Of a stretch of DNA of 37,987 nucleotides, positions 17,863 through 26,569 are shown one piece after another (position 1 is the stretch's first letter; every line of letters starts with the position of its first letter). A program made the position numbers and the translations under genes. Source of the stretch: Gemmatimonadota bacterium (GTDB taxonomy: Bacteria > Gemmatimonadota > Gemmatimonadetes > Longimicrobiales > RSA9). The notes beneath the pieces are model-generated. The model was given only the letters and a program-made list of their open reading frames with translations. It ran no database searches and was not told the DNA's origin. Location of the stretch: contig JAGTUV010000379.1 in the NCBI GenBank assembly GCA_018224305.1, positions 1 to 37,987 on the forward strand. The letters run 5' to 3'.

Positions 17863-19848
17863 CTATCGGGCCGGCAGCCCGTCGACCAGCCGTACAATGC
17901 CGACCAGCCGATGGACCTCCACTGTACCATCGCCGCCCAGTCCGATCTCGAGCACGAACAACTCGCCGCGCTCACGGCCGCTCTCATCATGCAGCACAGT
18001 CCTGGCGACGTCCGGCGACATCGCGGGCCCACCGGGCGGCGCATTCAGCAGCGAACGTCCGACCGGCCCGAGATCCGCGAAGAGGACCATGCCGGCAAGA
18101 GGGATCCGCAGGGTGATGGATCCGGTCAGGCTGTTCGCGACTGCTCCCGCTCGCAAACTGTCGACGCTTGACCCGGCGCCTCGTTGATGGCTGTGGCCAC
18201 CTGCACCGGCAGGCCTGATGGGCAGATCCAGCCGCACGTAGTACAGCGTGCCACCCGGACCCTCATCGATCACGGCTCCGCTCTCCAATTGACCGTACCC
18301 GCCGCGCGATGTCGCCAGCTCGGGTCGTATCGGGCGCAGCCCAGCAGCGTACACGACATCTACGTGACGTTCCCCGCTGTCAGCATGGTGTGCGAACAAC
18401 GGCGGTAATGCGTCCGCTCCAAAGTGTGACAGCAGGTAGCCCGCCGCTTCCGTGATCTCGCGGTGCGGCTCGTTCGCAATGAGGGTATCGCGCACGGTCG
18501 TCGCATTCCACTCGATGCCGGCGTCGCCCATCGCTTCTGCGAGACGCGCCTGTTGACTGCGCCGCGATCCGGCGATCACGCTCCATGGTCCCACCACCGA
18601 CAGAATCGCCACCAGGGCCAGCGCGAGGGGCAGTACGTACAGCGGCAGGTTTCGACGACGCACGACATTGACGCTCGCAGCAACCGCAAGCGCGCCAAGC
18701 GCGAACAGAAGAACCATGCGCATGCCGCGGAACTCCGTCCAGCCATACTGTCCGAGACGAATGCTGATCGTCCATATGCCGAGTACACACAGCGGCACGA
18801 ACAGCGGCACCACGATGCGCAGAGTACCGAACAGGCCCGGGGCGTGAACCGCGTCCCGCTCGGCGCCGGCGGGCTCCTCGACGTCTCCGGTGCCGCCCGC
18901 AGCCGGCAGGGCCCTGTCCGTAGCGCTCGGGATGTCGTTCGGGCGCTGACGATCGAACAGCATGAGCGCGACGCCTGCAATGAGCCCGGCCGCAATGACG
19001 AGCGGCGATACCAGGTTCTTCGGCAGTTCACCCGTCAGTGCAATGCGTATGGCATATGCGTAAAGGATGAGATAGTAGATCGCAAGCAGGGGCGTGACGA
19101 GGAACGCGGAAATGCGATGCACTGCGGTCGCCACGGGTCCGGCATCGCGCCCCGGCCGTACGTAATCCGGCACACCTCCCACGATCACCCACGTCACCAG
19201 GACGAAGAACACCCAGCCGAACGTGTGTGCGTAGATCTTCGCATCGAGCCGCAGCTCGAACAGCGTGTTCACCGCGCCCAGCGCGAGCGCAAGTCCGCCG
19301 TACAGCGCCGCGGCGTAGAGCAGCACGGCAAACGTTCTCAGCAGCAGTCGCCCCGCCACGAGGCGAAACCGTTCCGTTGCGTCCGCGCGCCTGCCGAATG
19401 CCGGGGCTGTCAGTATCAGCAGCACTGCCGCGATGACGAGGGCGCCCGCCCGCCAACCCTCAGAAGCGAGTTGGAAGTCGAGGATGAAAGCACCATAAAG
19501 TGCGGCGATCGCCGCACCCACGGCAGTGATCACCCACCGTGTGCGCATGCTCCAGGCTCCCAGCGCATGCAGCAGCGTCGCACTGAAGGCGACTGCGCCC
19601 GCGAGCAGGATGACGATGGCCAGTTCGAGCCATTCGCGGAACGGCTCCGCATCGCTGGAAACTGCATAGGAGAATGCAGCGGCGAGGGCGACGGAGAGGG
19701 TGACCTCGACGGGGGCATGGTCGAACGCATGCAGCGCGTCGGTAAGATACCGGCGCGCACGTGCAGTCAGCGCGGAGTTGCGACTCAAGGGTCTACGCGT
19801 CCCGAGCGCGGGCAGATCGTGGTGTCCACACGCCGCACACCCGTGCAC
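17863..19848 (-). CDS. large polytopic membrane protein, DUF4153-like, with a C-terminal non-membrane domain of about 240 aa
   Basis: At least 10 TM helices. The segment YYLILYAYAIRIALTGELPKNLVSPLV resembles the DUF4153 core as I recall it. The start is uncertain: the ORF-track start is GTG and there is no nearby ATG. Confidence 0.6.
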   Translation of the reverse strand: MHGCAACGHHDLPALGTRRPLSRNSALTARARRYLTDALHAFDHAPVEVTLSVALAAAFSYAVSSDAEPFREWLELAIVILLAGAVAFSATLLHALGAWSMRTRWVITAVGAAIAALYGAFILDFQLASEGWRAGALVIAAVLLILTAPAFGRRADATERFRLVAGRLLLRTFAVLLYAAALYGGLALALGAVNTLFELRLDAKIYAHTFGWVFFVLVTWVIVGGVPDYVRPGRDAGPVATAVHRISAFLVTPLLAIYYLILYAYAIRIALTGELPKNLVSPLVIAAGLIAGVALMLFDRQRPNDIPSATDRALPAAGGTGDVEEPAGAERDAVHAPGLFGTLRIVVPLFVPLCVLGIWTISIRLGQYGWTEFRGMRMVLLFALGALAVAASVNVVRRRNLPLYVLPLALALVAILSVVGPWSVIAGSRRSQQARLAEAMGDAGIEWNATTVRDTLIANEPHREITEAAGYLLSHFGADALPPLFAHHADSGERHVDVVYAAGLRPIRPELATSRGGYGQLESGAVIDEGPGGTLYYVRLDLPIRPAGAGGHSHQRGAGSSVDSLRAGAVANSLTGSITLRIPLAGMVLFADLGPVGRSLLNAPPGGPAMSPDVARTVLHDESGRERGELFVLEIGLGGDGTVEVHRLVGIVRLVDGLPAR

Positions 19849-19910
19849 GGCGCATGGTGGTGACTCGAACGGGAAGCAGTCGCCCTACGACGAGCGCTGT
19901 CTCTCGTTGT

Positions 19911-20285
19911 TCACGCCGATGCGGTCGCCGTGAAGCGACGCACTTCCTGAAGCACGCGGCTGGGCGCGCACGGCTTCGCCAGGAAAGCCACACAGCCCGC
20001 CGCGCGGGCCTTCTGGCCTACGGCACCATACGCATGTGCGGTCACCATTACGATCGGGATGTCCGCGGTACGTGGATCATCGTGAAGCTCGCGGGCCACA
20101 TCGAGGCCCATGCGCAGTGGAAGCGAATGATCGAGCAGGATGATGTCCGGCGCCTCGGTCCGGGCGGCGACGAGTGCACTCTCGCCATCACCTGCCGTCA
20201 CCACGTGGAAACCGTGCTCGCGAAGGTAGGTGCCGTGGATGGCACGCAACTCGAGTTGATCGTCGACGAGAAGAACCGTTGTCAT
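19911..20285 (-). CDS. stand-alone response-regulator receiver (CheY-like)
   Basis: VLLVDDQ, IILLDHSLP (phospho-acceptor Asp), MVTAH and FLAKP motifs. The protein is 124 aa with no output domain. Confidence 0.9.
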   Translation of the reverse strand: MTTVLLVDDQLELRAIHGTYLREHGFHVVTAGDGESALVAARTEAPDIILLDHSLPLRMGLDVARELHDDPRTADIPIVMVTAHAYGAVGQKARAAGCVAFLAKPCAPSRVLQEVRRFTATASA

Positions 20286-20340
20286 GTGAAGTCCTGCTGC
20301 AGTGCGTGAGGCCGTATCAACCGGTATACACGGGCGTATG

Positions 20341-20958
20341 TCATGGGGTCCCCGACCGCGGTCGGGCGATTCCGTGGCTGATCCTGTGAAGCTGGATTCC
20401 CTCGCGCCCCCGGTTGATCAGAAGGCGCGCGCCATCCCCGCCGCAGCGCTCCATGATGTCCAGCATCATACCCGCCTCCCCGGTCCACGGATAGCCGTAC
20501 ACCAGATCGAACTCGTCGAGCGACATGCCGAGTTTAGCGTAGCCCGATTCGCCCGTCTCGATGGTGCCGAGCCGCGGATCGCCCGAGGGCGAGCGCCATT
20601 CGTACCCGTCCGGCAGCAGGCTCCCCGCCGCAAACCGTGCTCCGGAGCCGTGGCGCCGCGCGAGGTCCTCGGCCATGTCGACCAGCGACGCATCGATTTC
20701 GATGCCGTAGGCCTCGAAGCCGAGCAGATCGGCCGTGATGGCGATCACACCCGTCGCGGACCCCCACTCCAGGAACGTCCGGCACTCCCCCACGAAGGGC
20801 AGCAGCATGTCCACCATCGCGCCGTAATCGGCCGGCTTGAACGGATGGAACTCGGCGCTGCGCACGTCGCGCTCGAACCGCTCGAAGATCGCCTGACCCT
20901 CGTCGTGCAGCGCATCGAGACGCGCCACGAGATCGGCAGGCAGGTCCGCCCGCGTCAT
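20341..20958 (-). CDS. class I SAM-dependent methyltransferase
   Basis: Motif I FLEWGSATG and post-I AYGIEID. I set the start to ATG 20958 (MTRADLPADL). Confidence 0.7.
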   Translation of the reverse strand: MTRADLPADLVARLDALHDEGQAIFERFERDVRSAEFHPFKPADYGAMVDMLLPFVGECRTFLEWGSATGVIAITADLLGFEAYGIEIDASLVDMAEDLARRHGSGARFAAGSLLPDGYEWRSPSGDPRLGTIETGESGYAKLGMSLDEFDLVYGYPWTGEAGMMLDIMERCGGDGARLLINRGREGIQLHRISHGIARPRSGTP

Positions 20959-21099
20959 GCGGGCACCGACGCCCGCCACTCCACCTGGCCGCATGAGTCG
21001 CCGCACGGATAGCCGGACCGATTCCTCCGATTGGAGTCGTGCGCCGCCTGAGCGTGCGCTTGCCGGTCCGTTTCCCGAGTTGCCCACATGTCTATTCTT

Positions 21100-22104
21100 C
21101 TATTCCGCCGCCGTGACGCTGCCTGCGGCCAGTTCAGTGAGTGCTCGCCGGACATGGACCGGCACCATGGCCCGGCGCCAGTCGGGATCCACGATGATGT
21201 TCGTCAGCGGATGGCACTGCTGAAAGGCTCGCTGCGCCACCGCTTCTGTCGTTTCCTCGTCCAGTGGCCGCCCCACCGCCACCTTGTCGAGCCCCGAGAT
21301 CACGCGCGGCCGCGCACCCAGCGCCGATACCACGATCCGCAGATCCTCGATCGCCAGCGCCGCACCGAGTTGGGCCACCACCGCAATGTTCAACAGCGGA
21401 AAGTCGATCGCGCCGCGCTGCCGCACCTTCTGGAACGCCGTGCGCGTGCGCGGCGATGGCAGCGGGATCCGCACCCGCGTCACAATCTCGTTCCACTCAC
21501 GGACCGTGTTCTCGATCCCATCCGCGATGAAAAAGTCCACCACGGGTACGCTCCGGGCACCGTTGACGGACTCCAGGTCCGCGACCGCGCCGAGCGTCAT
21601 CAGCACGCCCGCAGTATCCGCCGAGTGAGCAGCCACACACTTCCTGCCGACCTTCGTCACGTGACAGACGTCGCCGTCCTTCTTCAGGCAGTACCCCAGT
21701 GCATTGCGCCAGAAATGCGTCTGGTTGTAGTACGTGCACCGCGTGTCCAGACAAAGATTGCCGCCGATCGTCCCCATATTCCGCAGCTGCGGACCCGCCA
21801 CCGATCCCGCCGCCTGCGACAGTGAAGCAAACTGCGCTCGCACCACCGGATGCCGCGACACCGAGGCCAGCGACTCGGCCGCACCAATGACCAGTTCGCC
21901 GTCCCGCTCTTCGATCCCGTGCAGCTCGCCGATCTGCTTCAGCGCGATCACGTGCTCCGGCGTGAACAGGCCGTGCTTCATGTTCGGCATCAGGTCCGTC
22001 CCACCCGCGATCACCCGCGCCCGGCCCGGATGCGACGCCAGCAGCCGCGCCGCCTCTGCAACACTGCCCGGCCGATGGTATGTGTATTCGTGGAGTCTGA
22101 GCAC
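21100..22104 (-). CDS. xanthine-dehydrogenase/CO-dehydrogenase-family FAD-binding subunit (CoxM/HcrB-like) with Cys-rich insert
   Basis: RVIAGGTDLMPNMK FAD-binding motif and a CO-dehydrogenase flavoprotein-type C-terminal domain. An insert CLDTRCTYYNQTHFWRNALGYCLKKDGDVCHVTKVGRKC is present. Confidence 0.85.
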   Translation of the reverse strand: MLRLHEYTYHRPGSVAEAARLLASHPGRARVIAGGTDLMPNMKHGLFTPEHVIALKQIGELHGIEERDGELVIGAAESLASVSRHPVVRAQFASLSQAAGSVAGPQLRNMGTIGGNLCLDTRCTYYNQTHFWRNALGYCLKKDGDVCHVTKVGRKCVAAHSADTAGVLMTLGAVADLESVNGARSVPVVDFFIADGIENTVREWNEIVTRVRIPLPSPRTRTAFQKVRQRGAIDFPLLNIAVVAQLGAALAIEDLRIVVSALGARPRVISGLDKVAVGRPLDEETTEAVAQRAFQQCHPLTNIIVDPDWRRAMVPVHVRRALTELAAGSVTAAE

Positions 22105-22334
22105 TTCGCTCCTCTTGTCGCGTTTTGCGGACGCGGAACCAGTCTTACAGAACGTCCCATTGACGCATTACTGCGCCCGGCGCCGGGTCGTGTCTGACCG
22201 CGGCTCTGGCGGTTGTCCGGCTCGCCGGGGCCGCCTGAACGCCTCGTCGTGGTGCGGCCTGCATGACGGATCGGGCCATTCGTAAAGATGGGTGCCGCGT
22301 CCGCTCTGCACCACACCCCGCCCTGCCAATGCCC

Positions 22335-22383
22335 TTGACTCACCCCACCCAACCGTACTACTGTATCGTAACAACCATACAGT
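22335..22383 (+). promoter_or_regulatory. putative promoter (-35 TTGACT) plus candidate GntR operator (ACTGTAT-N10-ATACAGT)
   Basis: TTGACT at 22335-22340 and a TACTGT-like -10 at 18-nt spacing. The perfect 7-bp inverted repeat at 22360-22366/22377-22383 ends 49 nt upstream of the GntR ATG. Confidence 0.45.
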
Positions 22384-22431
22384 CGCGACCGCCGGTCCGA
22401 ACAATCCCGGACCGCGCGCCCGGAGAAGGCC

Positions 22432-22815
22432 ATGCACGACGACATCGATCCTCGGAGTCCCGTACCCCTGTACGAGCAGATCGCGGCACGCATCCGCGTG
22501 GCCGTCGCTGCGGAAGAGTACCGTGCGGGCGATGCGCTTCCCTCCGTGCGCCAGCTCTCGTCGACGCTGCGCGTCAATCCATCGACGGTTGTGCAAGCGT
22601 ACCGCGATCTGGAGCGCGAAGGCTTCGTCGAAATGCGGCACGGCGCAGGCACGTTCGTCCAGGCGATGGCGCCGGCGGTGCGCGAGCAGGAACGCATGCG
22701 GCAGGCGCGGGATCTGGTGCGGTCGCTGCTCGCGGATGCGGCACGGCTGGGAATCGGCGCGGCGGATGTCGCGCGGGCGCTGACGGATGAGATGGGGGTG
22801 CCGAGCCATGAGTAA
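22432..22815 (+). CDS. GntR-family transcriptional regulator, YtrA subfamily
   Basis: Winged HTH LPSVRQLSSTLRVNPSTVVQAYRDLEREGFV. The short 127-aa protein has a minimal C-terminal domain. SD is GGAGAAGG. The gene is followed by an ABC ATPase. Confidence 0.9.
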   Translation: MHDDIDPRSPVPLYEQIAARIRVAVAAEEYRAGDALPSVRQLSSTLRVNPSTVVQAYRDLEREGFVEMRHGAGTFVQAMAPAVREQERMRQARDLVRSLLADAARLGIGAADVARALTDEMGVPSHE

Positions 22816-23737
22816 TGCCATTGAGGTGCGCGGCCTGACATACCGCGCCGGCCGATCGTTCTCGCTGAGCGATGTGTCGTTGACTGTACCGAGCGGATCG
22901 ATCTACGGCTTTCTCGGACCGAATGGCGCGGGGAAGACGACCACGGTTCGGCTGCTCCTCGGCATGATGCGCCGCGCCACCGGGGAGGTACGCCTGCTCG
23001 ATCACGCGATACCCGATGACCTGCCGGCTGCCCTCGCGGTCACAGGCTACGTGCCGGAGCGACCGCACGTTTATCCGTCGCTCAGAGTGGACGAAGCGCT
23101 GCGCTTTCACGCGGCGTTCCACACACGATGGGATGCGGTGTGGGCGGCGCGAATGCAGCGGACCTTCGAACTGCCGGGAGATCGTCGTGTGGGACGGCTG
23201 TCGAAGGGCGAAGCGGGCAAGCTGATGATGCTCCTCGCTCTCGCGCAGAGGCCGGAACTGCTGATACTGGACGAACCCACCGACGGTCTCGATCCCATGG
23301 TGCGGCGGGATGTACTGACAGCGCTTCTCGACTATGTGGGGGACACCGGCGCCACCGTTTTCATCTCGAGCCACCTCGTGCATGAACTCGAGCGGATGTG
23401 TGACTGGGTGGGCGTCCTGGATCACGGCCGGATGATCGCGGAGATGCCGATCGATGTGCTGAAGGGAGGCGTGAAGCGCATACGCCTTACCGCGCCGGCA
23501 ATGCACGGCCACGCAGCGCCCGTCGAGCTGTTGAACGGGCACCAGGCGCCCTTCGAAATACTCTCCCGCGTGAACGACCCCCTCACGTCCGGAGAATCAT
23601 GGGTCGTGCGGGGCTGGACGGATCCGATGAAGTCGTACTTCGATACAGTTGGCGCGACCGTACGCGATGTCGTGGATCTGGATCTCGAGGAGGTCTTTGT
23701 GGAGTTGCTGCGCTCGGGCCGTGAGGCAAAGTCATGA
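22808..23737 (+). CDS. ABC transporter ATP-binding protein (ABC-2/DrrA-like)
   Basis: Walker A GPNGAGKTT, signature LSKGEAGKL, Walker B LLILDEPTDGLD. ATG 22808 overlaps the GntR stop by 8 nt (ATGAGTAA). Confidence 0.9.
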   Translation: MSNAIEVRGLTYRAGRSFSLSDVSLTVPSGSIYGFLGPNGAGKTTTVRLLLGMMRRATGEVRLLDHAIPDDLPAALAVTGYVPERPHVYPSLRVDEALRFHAAFHTRWDAVWAARMQRTFELPGDRRVGRLSKGEAGKLMMLLALAQRPELLILDEPTDGLDPMVRRDVLTALLDYVGDTGATVFISSHLVHELERMCDWVGVLDHGRMIAEMPIDVLKGGVKRIRLTAPAMHGHAAPVELLNGHQAPFEILSRVNDPLTSGESWVVRGWTDPMKSYFDTVGATVRDVVDLDLEEVFVELLRSGREAKS

Positions 23738-24450
23738 CGCGTGCAATGACGGAAGTGCTGCGGACACAGTGGCTGGCTTCGCGCTGGCTGCTCGTGCCAA
23801 TCGTGCTGCTCTGTATAGGACTCCCCCAGGCGGTCGTTCGTCTGGCGACGAGATACGCAGGTGGATCGCTCGACCGACTCAATCCGGGGATGACCTCCGA
23901 GATCGGACCACCGCTCCTGATCGGGGCGCTCGAGGGTCTGTCCGCGATCTTCCCATTCCTCGCCGCCATCACAGGCGCTGCGATTGCGCTCGCTGCATGG
24001 AACTGGGACCATCGCACCAATCACGTATACGCACTGGCGCTGCCGGTCCCGCGATCGCGCTATGCACTCATGAAACTATGGGCGGGTGCGTTGATTCTCC
24101 TCGTGCCGACGCTTGCGATATGGATCGGTGCGTGGCTGGCGACTGCGGGCGTGATGATACCCGACGGACTGCGCGCGTACCCATTGGCATTCACCGCCCG
24201 TTTTCTGCTCGCAGCCCTGCTCATTTATGCGACGATGTTCGCGCTGGCGGCGGGGACCATCCGGACCACGCTGGTCATCTTCATCGGATCCGTGCTGCTC
24301 CTGATGGTGATGGGCGTCGGCCTCCCGCTGCTTCACGATCACCTGGGGGTCGACCTGATCACACCGCTGCAGACTGCGTGGTATACCATGCTCGGGTGGC
24401 CGGGCCCATTCGAGGTGTTCGGTGGCAGCTGGCTCCTGATCGATGTCTGA
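23734..24450 (+). CDS. polytopic membrane protein, putative permease partner of the ABC ATPase
   Basis: 5-6 predicted TM helices and an ATGA overlap with the ATPase gene. I recognise no family motif. Confidence 0.6.
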   Translation: MTRAMTEVLRTQWLASRWLLVPIVLLCIGLPQAVVRLATRYAGGSLDRLNPGMTSEIGPPLLIGALEGLSAIFPFLAAITGAAIALAAWNWDHRTNHVYALALPVPRSRYALMKLWAGALILLVPTLAIWIGAWLATAGVMIPDGLRAYPLAFTARFLLAALLIYATMFALAAGTIRTTLVIFIGSVLLLMVMGVGLPLLHDHLGVDLITPLQTAWYTMLGWPGPFEVFGGSWLLIDV

Positions 24451-25474
24451 TCCCATGCAGCATCCTCATGAGCCGCACATCGGTCGGGAGTGGTCGCACT
24501 GCACGAGGCCGCAGCCCTGCCAGACCCATCGGTGCAGCGCCATCATCGCTATCGCCGTCCTGCTGAGCCTGGGAGCGATTCCGGATCTGTCAGCTCAGAT
24601 GCAGGCCGCGCGCGAAGCACCTGCCGCACGCGAAGCCCTCGGCGCGCGCATTGACTCGCTCGCCGCGGAACACAAGACGTACATCAGGGAGATTCATGTG
24701 CGCGACTCGCTACGCGCGGAATACAATGCGCGTCTGCGTACCGACACCATGCTCATCGGGCCGTTCCTGCTCGTCAGTCACACGCCCGCCTCCGACGATG
24801 TCGTCGCGGCGATACGCGATGAGTGGGCGGCACGTACGGCGATGGTCGGCCCGGCAGTCTCGCGGCTGGATGGTGTCGTCATCGGTCTGAATGTCGGCAC
24901 TCACGTGATCCGGGGACTTGCCGGCACGAAGGTATATGACTTCTCCGTATGGGGTGCGAACGGTCGCGCGGACTACAGGCGTGCTGCGGAACGTGTAATA
25001 ACGAGCGCGCTGACGGATGCCTTGCCTGAGGACATGCGCAACTGGCTCGACGGCGGCAGCCTCGGGACCCGCGACGCGCATCGGTGGGCGTACCGTCATC
25101 TTGCGACGTCGAACCTGCCACAGGCGCAGCGGTGCTTCGCCCGGGAACCACAGTCGTGTGCAGCTGCGCTCATGGGCACACACGCGTCGGGTGTGAGCGC
25201 ACACACACGTTCATCGCTCCTGCAGCACGCACTCGACCTGGGCGGTGATGGATCGTATGCACGCCTGATCGAGGACGCGTCCGATGCCTCCGCCCGCCTG
25301 GCCAATGCCGCCGGACGTCCGATCAACGACGTAGTGCTGAGCTGGCGCGCGACGATTCAGGACGCGCGTCCGAACGTCAACGCGAGTGTCGCCCGGGCAG
25401 GGTTCTGGACTCTGATCTGGCTGGCCGGCCTCGCCCTCCTCGCTATGCGGAGCACGAGATGGCGCCTGGGTTGA
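24443..25474 (+). CDS. hypothetical protein with N-terminal signal/anchor and C-terminal TM anchor
   Basis: The start overlaps the upstream stop by 8 nt (ATGTCTGA). The N-terminal hydrophobic segment is AIIAIAVLLSLGAIPDLSAQ and the C-terminal anchor is FWTLIWLAGLALLAMRSTRWRLG. It carries a C-x7-C pair, CFAREPQSC. Confidence 0.6.
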   Translation: MSDPMQHPHEPHIGREWSHCTRPQPCQTHRCSAIIAIAVLLSLGAIPDLSAQMQAAREAPAAREALGARIDSLAAEHKTYIREIHVRDSLRAEYNARLRTDTMLIGPFLLVSHTPASDDVVAAIRDEWAARTAMVGPAVSRLDGVVIGLNVGTHVIRGLAGTKVYDFSVWGANGRADYRRAAERVITSALTDALPEDMRNWLDGGSLGTRDAHRWAYRHLATSNLPQAQRCFAREPQSCAAALMGTHASGVSAHTRSSLLQHALDLGGDGSYARLIEDASDASARLANAAGRPINDVVLSWRATIQDARPNVNASVARAGFWTLIWLAGLALLAMRSTRWRLG

Positions 25475-26562
25475 AGTGGGCTGCGACGGTAATCACCGGG
25501 TGCGCGCTCGTGACGGCATGGGCGCTGACAATCTCGAACCCCGTCGATGCCGTTACGCCCGCCGGTGATGAAACCCGGCGCGCAATGGAAGCCAATGCAC
25601 GCGCGCTGCACGCAGCCGAAAGTGCATATCGGGAGTATGCGCTTGCCGATTCCCTGCTGCCGCTGCTACCGACTGTGCCGGGCATGACCGTGTCGCTCTC
25701 GCCTGCGCTCCATGCGGACGCCCGCGACACCATAGCCGCGGTTGCCGCTCGCGAGATGGCGCACGTAACTGCGCCGCAGGCACGAATCGGCATCTTCCTG
25801 GCCGACAACGCGTACGGGCGCAGGCCAGGTGTCCCCCTCTACGGAGTCCATGAGGAGAGGAAGCTGTTTGCAGGCGAGGACTCAGCCGGTGCGTACTGCG
25901 CGATAGTCGCTACGGGCACCCGCACGGACAATGCAATGCTGGCTGACGGCTTCCGCGCCGAGTTCAACCTGCGGCAAGGGCGCAACTCAGGGCCCGTCGT
26001 AGGCCCATGTGCGGTCATGGCACGCTATGGCGCTCCCGGGCCCCGCATCGCCGAGTGGCTGCGGTCAGGTGCATATCACTTCGCCGCCGCGCGCGGGACA
26101 ACGGAGCCTATTCAGGCGCGCGATCGCGCGCGGATGGAGCTGTCCCTGTGGACGCGCGATGACATTCGGATGCGTGGCTGCATTGGCGGTCGAGAGAGGC
26201 ATTGTACAGACATGGTGCTGAACCCGGCGCCAGGTCGTCTGCCTCCCACATTGGTAGCGACTTTCAATCTGGGATCGTCAGTGCGCATGGGACCCTGGCC
26301 CATGCTGCTGAGCGACCTGGAAGCCACGTTCGGTACGCAGCGCTTCGAGCAGTTCTGGACGAGCGGACACGATGTTCCGACCGCATTCGCTGCGGCCTTT
26401 GGCGTGGGCGTCGGAGAGTGGGTTCGGCAGTGGGGGCAGTCGTACTATCTCGAGCCTGACATCGGGCCGGCCGTGAATCTGCTCAACGTCATGTTGACCT
26501 TCGGTACGCTCCTGCTGCTGGCCGGTCTGGCATGCGCTGTTGCGATGCGCCGCGGGATCTGA
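25459..26562 (+). CDS. hypothetical protein, apparent paralog of the preceding ORF (N-terminal signal/anchor and C-terminal TM anchor)
   Basis: 16-nt overlap with the upstream gene. The N-terminal segment is WAATVITGCALVTAWALTISNPVDA and the C-terminal anchor is MLTFGTLLLLAGLACAVAMRRGI. It carries a C-x7-C pair, CIGGRERHC. Confidence 0.6.
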   Translation: MAPGLKWAATVITGCALVTAWALTISNPVDAVTPAGDETRRAMEANARALHAAESAYREYALADSLLPLLPTVPGMTVSLSPALHADARDTIAAVAAREMAHVTAPQARIGIFLADNAYGRRPGVPLYGVHEERKLFAGEDSAGAYCAIVATGTRTDNAMLADGFRAEFNLRQGRNSGPVVGPCAVMARYGAPGPRIAEWLRSGAYHFAAARGTTEPIQARDRARMELSLWTRDDIRMRGCIGGRERHCTDMVLNPAPGRLPPTLVATFNLGSSVRMGPWPMLLSDLEATFGTQRFEQFWTSGHDVPTAFAAAFGVGVGEWVRQWGQSYYLEPDIGPAVNLLNVMLTFGTLLLLAGLACAVAMRRGI

Positions 26563-26569
26563 TCGCTCC

